Positions 47,819-61,269 of a stretch of DNA of 64,000 bases are shown here, piece after piece. The position numbers and the translations under genes are program-made. The DNA lies in contig NC_086104.1 of assembly GCF_963921235.1 (NCBI RefSeq), positions 148,862,001-148,926,000 of the forward strand, given 5' to 3'. Positions within the stretch are counted from its first letter, which is position 1; every line of letters starts with the position of its first letter. Source of the stretch: Mobula hypostoma (lineage: Eukaryota). Below the pieces are notes generated by a model. That model had not been told where the DNA came from and made no database searches. It was given only the letters and a program-made list of their open reading frames with translations.

Positions 47819-48834
47819 CTGCAGATTGAATACAATGCAGGGAAGTGTATGGTCATGCACTTTAATTGAAGGAATAAAGTTGTAGATTACATCCTTTGGT
47901 TGGGCTGAATAGCCTAAAATCTGAATCTGCCTTCCAGCTCACTGATCAGGATAAAACAATAGAACAAAACTAAAGGTAAATAACAGAAATCAAATGAATG
48001 TACAGATATCCAGAGAAATGAGTCCCCCTGCCACCTACAGGCATTTCCCAGTCATTAATGAAATATTGTTCAGCAGCAGATTCATATTGAAGATACTGTC
48101 CTCAGGCAGGAAGGCAACACTTTCATAGTTCTTAATTATGGCATTTTATTTCCTAAATAATTACTTTAGAAAGAGTTAACAAGCAATAATGATGATGAGA
48201 AACAGAAAAATGCTGGAAACACTCTGCTGGCCAGACAACATCTGTGGAGAGAGAAACAGAGTTAATGTTTCAAGTTTGAGACCTTTTGTCAGAACTCAGG
48301 GGGGGGAAAAAAGCCCAGTCCCTTAGCCACGAGCAAATTATAAGCTGCTGGAATAACCCACCAGATCAGGCAGCATCTATGAAGGGAAATGGATGCCTTT
48401 CCAGGGTCAACATTTTAGATCAAGGCCCTACGTCTGGGCTGGAGAAGTCCAGATGAAAAGTTCTGATCCAAAATGTTGACAGTCTGTTTCCTTTGACAGA
48501 TGTTCCTTCGGCAGCTTGTTTTGATTTTCCACTCCAGATTCCAGCATCTGTGGTCTCAAGTCTCCTTGACGTTAACAGAAACTTTTTATTTTAAAAGTAA
48601 ACTTTATTCATAAATATATACAGTAATTACAAGACAAACGTATCTTGTAATTTCTGTAACCCAATTTCCCTCGGGATCAATAAAGTATATCTATCTATCT
48701 ATCTATCTGTCTATCCATCTATCTTACTTTAGAGACACAAGGGACGCAGATACTGGAAACTAGAGCAACAAGCAATTGACTGGAGGAACTCTGTATCAGT
48801 TTAACATCTCCAGCATATGTTTTGAAATTTGTGC

Positions 48835-49342
48835 CTTCAGGCTCCTGTATCTCCTTCCCGATGGCAGCAATGAGAAGAGAGCATGTCTGGGTTGATGGGG
48901 TCCATAATGATGGATGCTGCCTTTTTGAGGCATTAAAAAAAATAAAAAGTAGTGAGGTAGTGTTTATGAGTTGAATGTCCATTCAGAAATCGGATGGCAA
49001 AGGGAAGAAGCTGTTCCTGAATCGTTGAGTGTGTTCCTTTAGGGTCCTGTACCTCCTTCCTGATGCTAGCGATGAGAAGAGGGCAAGTCCTGGTTGAAGG
49101 GGGTAATTAATGATGGTGCCGCCTTTTTGAGACATCGCTCCTTGAAAATGTTCTGGATGTTGAGGAGGATGGAGCTAAGTTTACAAGTCCCTGCAGCTTA
49201 TTTTGATCCTGTTCGGTAGCCTCCCCACCTCCCGCGCCCCACAATACCAGACGGTGATGCAGCCAGTTAGAAAGCGCTCCACGGTACATCTATAGAAATT
49301 TGCGAGTGTTTTTTTGGCGACACAGCAAATCTCGTCTAATTT
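48835..49342 (-). mobile_element. Degenerate Rex1 3' fragments
   Basis: [23 protein letters not shown]. Confidence 0.75.
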
Positions 49343-49514
49343 TACATAGTATCCACAAAGCGCCATTCGTGTGGCCTCTTTGAACCGCACACCATATCGT
49401 TGCTGAGAGCCCGCTACACTGAATCCAGCCCCTTGATGTGGAAGCGGCGGCGAGGCAGGTTCACTCGCAGCCTCCGCTTGGCCAAGGATCTCACGGATTG
49501 CGGTGTGCAAACTT

Positions 49515-49660
49515 GCCATTGGTTCCGTACGCTTTACAATAACTTCACCAATCAGAGGGACACGACACGAATTATGTCACCACAGTCCAATCGGAATCAA
49601 GACATGGACTAATCCTTCATTAGCATAGGACGGAGGACGCTGCCTATATAAGTGGGGGAA
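49515..49660 (+). promoter_or_regulatory. H2B promoter
   Basis: CCAAT at 49548 and 49587, reverse CCAAT at 49518, octamer-like H2B box CTTCATTAGCATA (about 49615-49627), TATA box CCTATATAAG (49643-49652). Confidence 0.85.
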
Positions 49661-49702
49661 CGGCGACGTCAGGCGTTGTGTCTCAGACTGTCTGCATTTA
49701 AA

Positions 49703-50077
49703 ATGCCCGAAGAGAAGAAAGTGGTTTCGAAGAAGGGCGCTAAAAAAGCACTCAATAAGGCGCCTGCCAAGGGCACCAAGAAGCGGAGGAAGTTGAGGAA
49801 GGAGAGTTACTCGATTTANNNNNNNNNNNNNNNNNNNNNNNNNNNNNNNNNNNNNNNNNNNNNNNNNNNNNNNNNNNNNNNNNNNNNNNNNNNNNNNNNN
49901 NNNNNNNNNNNNNNNNNNNNNNNNNNNNNNNNNNNNNNNNNNNNNNACAACAAGAGGCTGANNNNNNNNNNNNNNNNNNNNNNNNNNNNNNNNNNNNNNN
50001 NNNNNNNNNNNNNNNNNNNNNNNNNNNNNNNNNNNNNNNNNNNNNNNNNNNNNNNNNNNNNNNNNNNNNNNNNNNNN
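49703..50077 (+). CDS. H2B: Replication-dependent histone H2B (middle and end N-masked; stop position inferred)
   Basis: MPEEKKVVSKKGAKKALNKAPAKGTKKRRKLRKESYSIY; the unmasked island (T)AC AAC AAG AGG (YNKR) falls at the canonical H2B spacing; a histone stem-loop follows. Confidence 0.88.
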
Positions 50078-50093
50078 NNNNNNNNNNNNNNNN
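49819..50093. other. Two N runs (128 and 132 nt) inside H2B
   Basis: N at 49819-49946 and 49962-50093. Confidence 0.99.
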
Positions 50094-50120
50094 ACAAAAA
50101 AAAGACCTTTCTCAAACAAA

Positions 50121-50160
50121 GGCTCTTCTAAGAGCCACCCACGTCTCTGAAACAGCTATG
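50121..50160 (+). terminator. Histone 3' stem-loop and putative U7-binding HDE of H2B
   Basis: CAAA-GGCTCT TCTA AGAGCC-ACCCA (stem 50121-50136), followed by purine-rich GAAACAGC. Confidence 0.9.
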
Positions 50161-50959
50161 CCAGCGTTGCTGTACGTATACGTTTTGTATCAAATTAAGG
50201 TTCTTGCTGAAACAAATCAGCTCTCAAATGATTCCCGTTTCGCCCTCTTGGACGCCACTTTTCCGAAAAGGTGGTTTTATTGATCTGTAGTATTGTCGTG
50301 TTGCTATTAGTACCCAATAAAGCAGACCTTGTCTCTAATCACTGCTCACAGTACCAATTAATTATGCGTAAATATAATTGTTTAGTTACAAAGCATGGAA
50401 ACGTTCGCGCCGACTACCAAGTACCCATCTACGCGAATCCTCTCTATTCTCCATTGCTTTCCCACCGGCTTATCCTTCTCTTCCCCATCCCCATTCTCCT
50501 ACCCACCTACGTTCAGGGGCAACTTACAACAGCTAATGGATGAACCTACCAGTCAGCTCATATTTGGGACGTGGAAGGAAAACCCAGGCGGTCGCGGGTT
50601 GAACATGCGAACTCCGCACCTAATGTTCGATAATTTGCCGAGATGTAGACATCTCGGGCAATGGCAGCACTGACCGCCCGTCCTAAAGAACCCTTCTCAG
50701 GATACCAGTGTAGCTTCGCAGGGGCGATGGAAGAACCCTTTGTGTCTACCCTGCCGAGGCTGATTTCGAACGTCCCATCGTGTGTTATGTTGCCACGTTC
50801 TTGGGACAATTCGGCCCCATCTTGCCACGTTAACAATGAGTGTACACACGTCCGTCCCAACTCTTTATCCAGCAGTCAGCCTTTGCATCGCATGACATGT
50901 TCATCTGTTTGAAAGCTGTGAGAGTACTGCCTCCATTAACTATCAGTAATAACTGCAAC

Positions 50960-51038
50960 CAGGGGTTCCCAACCTTTTTTATGCCATGGACCAATGTCTT
51001 TAAGCAAGGGGTCCATGGATCCAGGTTGGAAACCGCTG
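50960..51038. mobile_element. 79-bp hAT MITE (partial second copy about 52487-52556)
   Basis: CAGGGGTTCCCAACC / GGTTGGAAACCGCTG; degenerate TSD actgcaac/gatgcaac. Confidence 0.75.
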
Positions 51039-52624
51039 GATGCAACATCTTGATGTACAGCACGGGAAACAAACCCTTTGACCCAATTCATGCGCGCTGA
51101 CCAAGTTGCCTGATGTAGCTAGTGCCATCTGTCTCTATTTGGTACATAAACCATCATGCAATTCTCCAAATGCCTTTTCATATACTGTAACTGTACTCGG
51201 CTCTACCACTTCCTCTGGCAGCTCATCACATATAACGCCCTTTTTAAGTCTTTCCCCTCCCACTTCAAACCCATGCCTCTAGCTTTGGACTCGCCCGCGG
51301 GAGAGTGTGGGACCAGGGGACAGAGCCTCAGAATTGAGGGAGGTCACTTCAGAACAGAAATGAGGAAGAATTTCCCCCTCCACTTTAAACATATTTAAAC
51401 TGTTCATGATTTAATAAACTTATATACAGCCACCCCTCAGCCGCCAGTGTTCCAGGGCAAAGAGTCATGGTCTGTAACCCAAGCCCCCCCAGTCCTGGAG
51501 ACATCTTTGGATCTTTTTTAGCACCCTGTCTAGTTGATTGACATCAATCTTGCATCTTCCAGCTGTCAACCATCCTCTCAATAAATCCAGTATGACATAG
51601 GTCAGGGTCATACTGCACAGAAACTGGCCGTTGGCCCACCATGTCCTTCCTGTCATGAGACATAGGCTATTCAGCCCACCAAGTCTGCTCCCCCAGTCAC
51701 TCCATCATGGCTGATTTAATTTCCTTCTCAACCCCATGCTCTGCCTTGTCCCTGTAACCTTTAGAATTAAGTAACTATCAACCTCTGCTTTAAGTATACC
51801 CAAATGATTTGCCCTCCACAGCTGTCTGTAGCAATATATTCACACAGATTAACCACCCTCTGGCTGAAGAAATTGTACCTCATTTCTGTTCTAAAGGGAC
51901 CTACTTCTGATCAGAGGCTGTGCCCCCTGCTCCCACACACTCCCACCAGTGGAAACATCTCAATAATCTAACTCGCTTGCACTTGATCCATATTCTTTGC
52001 CTTGGTGATTCACATACTCATCCAGACCCCTCAGTGGGTCCAAGATGAAAGGAAACAGAATGAAATAACAGGGGACTTTCTCAGATCTCTTTATTACTTT
52101 CAGTGACAGCAACAATCAGGAGTGCTGGCAATACAAAGGGCCTCAAAATAGTACTGAAGCGAGATAGGTGTATAGTATATGATGTTTCTGGCAAAAAAAA
52201 AATGTAGAATATCATCTTGTAGATTTGATTTTCTTGCTCTGGAATCGGTGGATGTTTTCCTGCTAATTGGTTCCAGAGGTTCCCGATATGTCATACTGTG
52301 ATCAGATTCGTAGTTAGTTTGGGCTTAGACTGAGGCACAGTCCTCATTGTCCTGGATTGCATGGACCCCAGTTCTTGCAGTCCTGGAGAACCAAAGCAGA
52401 AAAACAAAATAGGACAAAGCTGCAATAAAGAATCAGGCTGCACCCTTCACCTGAACCACTAATACTGGTTTCTCTCTCTACAGAACAGGGTCCAAGATTA
52501 ACCCCTCGGTTAATGGTAGGGGTCTATGGCATTAAAAAAACAGTTGGGAACCCCTGCCTTAGAATGTTCCCAGCATTTTCTGGTTTTGTTTCAGCTTAGA
52601 AAGGGTGTAGAGGCGATTTAGTTC

Positions 52625-53585
52625 TAAGAACATAAGACAAACTAGCAGAATTAGTCCATTTGGCCCATTGAGTCTGCTCCACCATTCCATCATGGTTGAT
52701 TTATTATCCCTCTCAACCCCATTCTCCTGTTGTCTCCCCATACCCTTTAACATCCTTTCTAATCAACAACCTATTACCCAATATACCCAATGACCTGGCC
52801 TTCAGAGATGTCTGGGGTAATGAATTCCACCGATTCACTGCCCTCTGGAAAAAGAAATTCTTCTTTATCTCTGTTCTAAAAGGATGTTCTTATTTGCTGA
52901 GGCTATGCCCCCTGCTCCTAAACTCCACCACTATAAGAAGTGCCCTCTCCACATTTACTCCAGCTAAGCCTTTCAATATTCAACAGATCTCAACAAGGAG
53001 CTCCTCCCCCCACCACCCCGACACCCGCTCTCAATCTTCTAAACTCCACTGAGTACAGGCCTAGGTCCATGCAATGTTCCTTTCGTTCCTGGGATCATTC
53101 GTGACACCTACTCTGGACTCTCCAGAGAGGTTGCTGAGGAAAATTTACCAGGCTGCTGTATGGATTAGAGAGCATGTCTTAGGTTGAGTGAGCTGAGGCT
53201 TTTACCATTGGAGCAAAGAAGGATGAGAAATGACATGATAGAGGTCTACAAGATGAGAGGATAGATCAAGTGGACAGCCAGAGATTTTTTCCCATGGCAG
53301 AAATGGCTAATTCAAGAGGACAAAAATTTAAGATGACTGTTGAAAGTGTAGGGGGATGTCAATGGTAAGATTTTACACAGAAAGTGGTGGGTGCGTGGAA
53401 TGCGCAGCCAAGATGGTGGCAGAGGTAGATATATTAGAGATATTTAAGAGTCTCTTAGCTAAGCAGATGATTGATAGAAAAATGGAGGGCTATGTAGGAG
53501 GGAAGGGTTAGATTGACCTTAGAGAAGATTAAAAGGTTGGCACAACATAATGAACCTGTACTGTGCTGTAATGTTTTCTATTCTA
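52625..53585. mobile_element. Two back-to-back CR1 3' fragments (minus, then plus)
   Basis: CR1 3' UTR motifs in both orientations, joined near 53120. Confidence 0.7.
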
Positions 53586-53589
53586 TTAC

Positions 53590-54925
53590 TTTACTTTATT
53601 GTCACCAAACAATTGATACTAGAGTGTACAATCATCACAGCGATATTTGATTCTGCGCTTCATGCTCCCTGGAGTACAAATCGATAGTAAATATAGTAAA
53701 AATTTAAATTATAAATCATAAATAGAAAAGGGAAAGTAAGGTAGTGCAAAAAAACCGAGAAGCAGGACCAGATATTTGGAGGGTATGGTCCAGATCCGGG
53801 TCAGGATCTGTTCAGCAGTCTTATCATAGTTGGAAAGAAGCTGTTCCCAAATCTGGCCATACGAGTCTTCAAGCTCCTGAACCTTCTCCCGGAGGGAAGA
53901 GGGATGAAAAGTGTGTTGGCTGAGTGGGTCGTGTCCTTGATTATCCTGGCATCACTGCTCCGACAGCGTGTGGTGTAAAGTGAGTCCAAGGACGGAAGAT
54001 TGGTTTGTGTGATGTGCTGGGCTGTGTTCACAATCTTCTGCAGCTTCTTCCGGTCTTGAACAGGACAACTTCCATACCAGGTTGTGATGCACCCGAGAAG
54101 AATGCTTTCTGCGGTGCATCTATAAAAATTAGTGAGGGTTTTAGTAGACAGGCCAAATTTCTTTAGCTTTCTCAGGAAGTAAAGGTGCTGGTGGGCCTTC
54201 TTGGCAGTGAACTCTGCTTGGTTGGACCAAGTCAGGTCATTTGTGATATTGACCCCGAGGAACTTAAAGCTTTTGACCTGTTCCACTTGCGCACCACCGA
54301 TGTAAATGGGGTCGTGCGGTCTGCTACTCCTTCTGAGGTCAACAAGCAATTCCTTCATCTTGCTGACGTTGAGGGATAGGTTATTGTCTTCGCACCATGC
54401 CACCAGGTTCTTAATTTCCTCTCTGTACTTAAACTCATCATTACCCGAGATACGTCCTACAATTGTTGTGTCACCTTCCTTGGATTTATCTTCAGGAAGG
54501 CCCTTCTAACGTCCTCCTCGGTGACGATGAATCTCGATGCCACCAGGTCCGGTTCATTCGGAGGGGGCGGGACGCTCCTCTTCTGTTCGAATCTTGCGTA
54601 GAATACGTTAAGTTTGTCAGGAAGAAAAGCGCTGCAGTTATTGATATTCCCAGCCTCTTCTTTGCGCCCGGTGATCTCATTTAGACCCTGCCATAGTCTA
54701 CTGGCATCCCTCTGGTTAGCCTGGGCTTCCAACTTGGCTCGATATTGCCTTTTGGCACCCTTAATGGCTTTCTGGAGTTCATGCCTGGATTCCGTATAGT
54801 GACTGGTATCCCCGGACCTAAAAGCCGCAGCTCTAGCCTTCAAAAGGGACTGGACCTCATAATTCATTCAAGGTTTCCAGTTAGGGAATACCTGGATCGT
54901 CTTGCGAGACACACAGTCCACACAG
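53590..54925 (-). mobile_element. Rex1/Babar LINE, same family as 3751-6920, 5'-truncated with internal deletion
   Basis: ORFs 54457-54867 and 53801-54403 are nearly identical to the copy-1 peptides. Confidence 0.92.
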
Positions 54926-55963
54926 ATATTACCAACATCAAAAGTTGTTTTGATTTCCATTCACTTGACTGAGAGTTTCCATTAATGAGGAGAGGTCAGA
55001 TAGGCTGGGTGTGGTTTCCCTGAAGTGGGGGAGATTTGGGGTGGGATCTAATAGGGGTTTACAAAATTAAAGAGGGCATAGATTACCAAAGTTTTTGCAA
55101 TTACAAATGCTCTAAAAATAGAATGCATATGTTTAGAGGGATCCAAGCAAGGGGACAGTTTGGAGAGGTTGGGGTCAGGTTAAGGTTTAAGACGTTAAGA
55201 TATAGGAGAAGAATTAGGCCATTTGGCCCATCGAGTCTGCTCTGCCATTTCATCAAAGCTGATTCATTCTCCCTCTCAGCCCCAATCTCCTGCCTTCTCC
55301 CCATATCCCTGCTTGCCCCGATTAATCAAGAATCTGGCATCTTCCCCCTTTCTTCTCAGTCCTGACGAAGGGCTTAGGCCTGATACATCGACTGTTTATA
55401 TTTTCCATAGGTGCTGCCTAGCTGCTGAGTTCCTCCAGCTTTGTGTGTGTGTTACAGCCTTGAGATTCATCTTGCAGGCAGTCACAACAGAGAAACACCA
55501 TATAACTTGTTTCAAGAAAAGCCCCATACAACATGACCATCAAACGCGCATAGCAACAAATCGCACTATTAGCAAAAAGCGAGCAAAACACACAGAACAC
55601 TAAATATTGAACAGCTGTCCCCAAAAATAAGTCCACAGCCACAAGCTGCCGAGGCGTCTCGATCAAATGGCTCAAATAACAAAGTGCGTTCAGCACTGCG
55701 GACATTAAACATCAACCCACAGCCTAAACTGAGTCCACCGCCATGAGCCGTGGAGGTAAATGGACCTCACAATATGCGATCAGGACTCCTGCATCTTCCA
55801 CCGTCAGGGAACTTCACTGAAACTTTTTATGATCCTGGTGAATATGCAGTTGCTCTAATTGTACTGGAACAGCTTGAGCTAAAACATCACTAGTTCAGGA
55901 ACACCGATCTTCAGTGCGGGAGATGGGAAGTTGTCTAGTCCCGTTGTCTTTGCTGCAGGGTTA

Positions 55964-56429
55964 AGCCCAATTTATACTCCTGCATCAAATATACACAGTA
56001 GGTACCGTGTACCCTACGCCGCAGGGGGACGTGCACCTCCCCAAAAATGTAACTCACACGTCGTGTCAACGCAGACAGCAACAACTGTGATTGGTTCGCT
56101 TGGTAGCGTCACATTTCCTCCTACACATTTTTGGTTGCTTTTCTCTGCCACGTCTGTACACTGATATGAAATAAATGGTTGGAGACGATAAAACAAATTG
56201 TCAAATCTACCTGCCGAAATCCGAGAATATTTGAGATGTATTTCCTCATCCATGTCTCTCACGAAGAAACTTAACACAATGACATAGAAACCCCACCGCC
56301 AACTAGCGTTTTGGCGGTGAATTGCAGAGCCACGCAGACACAACTACGCATGCTCGCTATGGCGTATGGCTACGCAAAAGTATAAATTAGGGCTATGGCG
56401 TAGCCCACACGCACAAGTATAAATCAGCC
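55964..56429. mobile_element. Harbinger/PIF-like MITE
   Basis: AGCCCAATTTATACT...AGTATAAATCAGCC, with the right TIR partly duplicated. Confidence 0.55.
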
Positions 56430-59400
56430 GACACAACAATTAGTGCTACTGCCACATAGTTTCAGAGAACTGGGTACAATTCTGTCCTATAGTGCTATGT
56501 GGAGTTTGTACCCGGAGGAAACCCACGCGGTCTTGGAGAGAATGTGCAACACAAAGATTTTCCTCAAGAATGAGATGCTAAGCACATTTCTGTCATTGCC
56601 TTGGGAGGTGGTGTTAGGGCGGAATCACCAATACCTCATTTGGAGCTTGGCAACTGAACTATTAGATGCCTGCTGTTTGTAAAAAAAAATGTAAACACTA
56701 ATAAAACTCTTAATTGGTGCTCTAACAGAGCAACTTGCTAGTTCAACTCCAACCCTGCTTCCTTCTCAGCAGTCTGGCAAATGTAAACTCTGTTTGATCT
56801 AGTTCCCTTGAGAAGGCCACCGTGGAATCTGCCTCTTTCACATCTGCACACTGTGCATTCCAGATTCCAACCACACTTTTCCAGAAAAGATTTTCCTCAC
56901 GTCACTTATAATCCTCTTCCCTTTTCCTTTTAAATATACATCTGACTTCCAATCCTTGACCGTTGCGCCAACAGGAACAGCTCCCCAATAGTCTTGCGCA
57001 AGGCTGGTCTCGTCCATGTCTTGTACAGTTGTAACATGATGTCCCAACTTTTGCCCTCAGAGCCTTGACCAATGAAGGCAAGTTTCTGAACAGGCTCCTC
57101 TGTCACCTGTTCACCCATGTCACCACTTTTAAGGAACATTTACTTGTACCCCCTTGGTTTCTCTGTTCACAACATACTCTCCAAGGCCCCCTACACTTTA
57201 GTGTGCAAATCCAACCCTGGTTTAACTTACCAAAATACAACACTTTGAAATTGTCCAATTGACCTCATCAATAAATTCTATTAAAATGGTTAAACACAAA
57301 TTCTCCTTTGCAAATATATACAGTCTTGTCTCAATTAATCCAATTTCCTCTGGTCTGTTAATCCTCTCCCAGATCAATGTTTCTGGAAGCTCTTCCATCA
57401 CTGAGGTTAAACCAACTGGCCTATATTTGTCGGGCTTATCCTTACTGTTTTTTTTCTTGAAGATAGGGAATACCATTCACCCTTCTGCAGTCCTCAGACA
57501 TAACTTCAGTATCCAAAGAACACTGTACGATTATGCTCGCAATTCCATGACGTCCTACTGTATTTCCCTCAAAATCCTATAAAGCATCCAATCCAGTCCT
57601 GCATGACTTCAAGTGCATCCAAGTTATTTAAGAACTCCATACTGTTGGATCTCCGTTTATTTTCTGATCTTTAGGGTTCTTCTGGGATGAGCAGTCTTAA
57701 TTCCAAGATTTCAGTTTATTTTAGAGTACAGTACAAACATACAAAACTTAAGAGAACTAAATAAAGAGCTGGGAAACAATCTAACAGTTGAAAGGATGCA
57801 GAGACAAAGGAATGCAGGTGCCTCTGAAAAATCCACCACTTTTATAGATAAGAGAAATTCCTTACATAGAGAATAAACTAGTTAATAGGCTACATAATTA
57901 AAACAATTACATCATGTAGATAATGTACTAATACTTAGCCAATGAAAAATGAGAAAGGTGATAAACCCGCAAACACAAGGAAATCTTCAGATGCTGGAAT
58001 TTCAAGCAACACCCAACCTTGAGTCTTGGCTCAAAACGTCGACTGTACCTCTTCCTAGAGATGCTGCCTGACCTGCTGCGTTCACCAGCAACTTTTATGA
58101 GTGTTGAAGGTGATAAACCACTGGTTTAGCTACTATACCTCTGCCAGTGAGTGTAAAAAATACACAAGTTTGTTTAAAAGTACAAATCTTATAAACAGCA
58201 CTATTTTAAAAAGTTGTTTTCAAAGTCACCATCAATTTTCAAACATACTTAATGTCTCAATCATCTCCTTCACTATTATGTTGAAAGCACCTACTCTCCT
58301 GATGAAAACAAATGAAAAGTAATTAAGTTCCTTAACAGTGCACTTGACATCACTATGCAAGTTCATTATTTTCTTGTTGTTTATACTCCTTGCGACTGTT
58401 TTATTATTTATGTGCTGATAGAAGAATTCTGAATTCCCATTTATTTTTTCGGGCTTTGTTTCTCTTCTTTCAGTTTTCATTTCCTCTCCAATTTATTTTT
58501 GTAATCAGCCTAGTTCTTGGTGGTTATATACAACCCAACATTTGTCACGATTTTTTCTCTTTTGGGATGAAGGAAGCTTTGCATTTGTCTGACATTCTTT
58601 TGCCTCAACTGCTTCCTGAAATATATCCTCCTCAAAGGTGATCCATTAATAGAGTCTTGATTAGTCAGGGCATGAAGGGTTATGGGGAGAAGGCAGGAGA
58701 CTGGGGCTGAGAGGGAGATGGGTCAGCCAACGATACATTAGCAGAACAGAATGTTGAAGAAATGAAGCGGATGTGGCCCATGGGCAAAACGAGAGCATAT
58801 TTTTAAAGCAGTAGTATGCGACATTTTGTTTTCAAATAAACCTCTGTGAGATTTATAAATAAAAAGATTGTGTCGTGTTTGTAATAATCACTCATGTTTA
58901 AGGTGACTGACAACCTTAAAAGACTTTCTATACTAATATTTGAAATAAAAAAGTGAATAAATAGAACAAGCCTCTAACCACTTTGTATTGCAACAGAAAC
59001 CAATTTTGAAATATAGACAAATGATCAACACTACTGATATTCCATTATTTCTTAATAGCATGATTAACTTCATTACAGTACATATGAAACACTGTGGCAG
59101 GAAAGCAGCATCCATCATCAGGGACCCCACCACCCAGGCCATGCTCTCTTCTCACTCCTGCCATCAAGAAGAATGTACAGGACCCTCAGGACTCAGCACC
59201 AGATTCAGCCATCATGCTCTTGAACCAAAGTGAATAACTTCACTCACCTTCACTTGCTCCATCAATAAAATGTTGTGGGAAAAGTGGACTCACTTTCAAG
59301 AACTCTTCATCTCATGTTCTCAATATTTATTGCTCATTTATTTATTATTTCTTTTTGTATTTATACAGTTTATCTTTTGCATACGGGTTGAATGCCCAAG

Positions 59401-60740
59401 TTGGTGCAGTCTTAAATTGTTTCTGTTACGGCTATGACACTATAGATTTATTGAGCATACCTGCAAGAAAATAAATCTCAGGGTTGTATATGGTGACATA
59501 TACATACATACTTTGATAATAAATTTACTTTGAATTTTAATAGTGTAACCAATTACAGTTCTTTTAAAGTTGCATGGCAAACTCTTTTCCCAGGAAAACA
59601 TTTCCAACTTTGCCAAAACAAAACTACCTTCCGTTTGCTGGTACTGTATAGCTTCAGTCTAGGTCAGGGTAAGGTGGGGCAGGATGAAAATCTTTGATTT
59701 TAGAAAGCGATTTTAGAAAGCCAAAAAATTAGACATTGATTTCCTATGAAGCATGATACTGGAATGCTTTTGCATGCAAATATATTTTGGATGTAATGCA
59801 TTACCATGCATGAGAATTTAGTGAAGAACAAATCTCAGTCTTGCTCAAATAACTTATATGGCATGATATGAAATCAAGAGACTGCAAAAACTATTTTGTC
59901 AAAATTATTTGAATGAAATAACAGTATCAGATTTCTACCTCAATCTCTCTAATAGGTGGCAGAAGGTTACAGAAATTGGAATTGCTGGATTACTATGGTA
60001 CACTTATTGGGTTGGGGAGCTGATGGATTATCCACAAAATGGATACAACAAATGGAAGTGCCTATTATTTCTTAATATTTTTGTTCACTTCCACTTTCTG
60101 TCCAAAAAGGGTTAAACAACCTCCCCCTGTCCCAATTTATGACTGTATATGTGGTTTTGGTCAAGTGACCCACCTTCTGATAGAAGTCTTTCCACTAGTT
60201 ACAAGCTTCATGTTTTGAATGTGATGGGCTGTCTGGACGGGTAGTCAAATTTCAGTCCGGCAGCTTGCCTGGCACTGCACGCACCATATCGAAGACTATT
60301 CGTTCCTATCAACATTAGCCCATCATGGCTGCTGTGTATACCATCTGCAGGATGGGCCACAGCAACTCATCAAGGCTTTTCAACACCTCTGACCAAACTC
60401 ATGACCTCTACCACAACCTACAAAATCAGAATCACATACAATTCATGACAAGGAAGGTCATTCCATCAATTTTGTCTGCGCCAGTTGAAAAGGCTACCTA
60501 ACCAAATTCCACTTCCAAACGTAGGTCCACAATCCTAGTTTCCTACTCTTTTCACTATACAACCAAATACCTTTGAAATGCAGTGAGCTTCTCAGAAACT
60601 ACTACTCTTTCAGGCTCTGAGTACCAGATCCATGTTACCCTTTCGATGAAAAAATATCTTCCCATTCTTGCCTTTCATCCTTGTATCAGTAACTTTAAGT
60701 TTTTGCCGTGTGGTTTTTGACCTGACTGTTGAGGGAAATA

Positions 60741-61260
60741 CACTCCGTGGGCAATTAGGCACCTCCTGTACCCAATGAAGTGACCACTAAGTGTATGTTG
60801 TTGTCCTCTGCTGCTGTAGCCCATCCACCTCATGGTTTGATGTGTTGTGCATTCAGAGAAGCTCCTCTGCATACCACTGGTTATTTCAGTTACTGTTGCC
60901 TTCCTGTCAACTTGAACCAGTCTGGCCATTCTCCTCTGACCTCACTCAGTAACAGGGAGTTTCCATACAACTGTTGCTCACTGTAAGCTTTTTTTTGTTG
61001 CTCATTCTGACTGTTGAGCGTGAAAATCCCTGGAGATCAGCAGTTTCTGAGGTAGACAAACCACCACGCCTGGCACCAACAATCATTCCATGGTCAAAAT
61101 CACTTAGATCACATTTCTTTTCCCTTCTGATGTTTGGTCTGAGAACAACTTGATCATTTCTGCATGCTTTTATGCATTGAGTTGTGGTCCCATGATTGGC
61201 TGATTAGATATTTGCATTAACAAGGTGTACAGGTGCACTTAATACAGTGGCCACTAAGTG
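60741..61260 (-). mobile_element. Tc1-like element, same family
   Basis: TA flanks and TIRs; MARLVQVDRKATVTEIT...MGYSSR. Confidence 0.82.
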
Positions 61261-61269
61261 TATATTTGT

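Noticed and set aside
49181-49519. 112-aa minus-strand ORF divergent from H2B, considered as H2A
   Set aside because: No convincing H2A motifs in any frame; its ATG is part of a reverse CCAAT box and its C-terminal part is Rex1 sequence.
49577-50131. Long ORFs spanning the N runs
   Set aside because: Artefacts of translating Ns; the real H2B starts at 49703 and should stop near 50077.
52104-52167. Possible plus-strand exon (TTTCAG...AG|GTGTAT)
   Set aside because: Weak donor, no recognisable peptide and no partner exons found.
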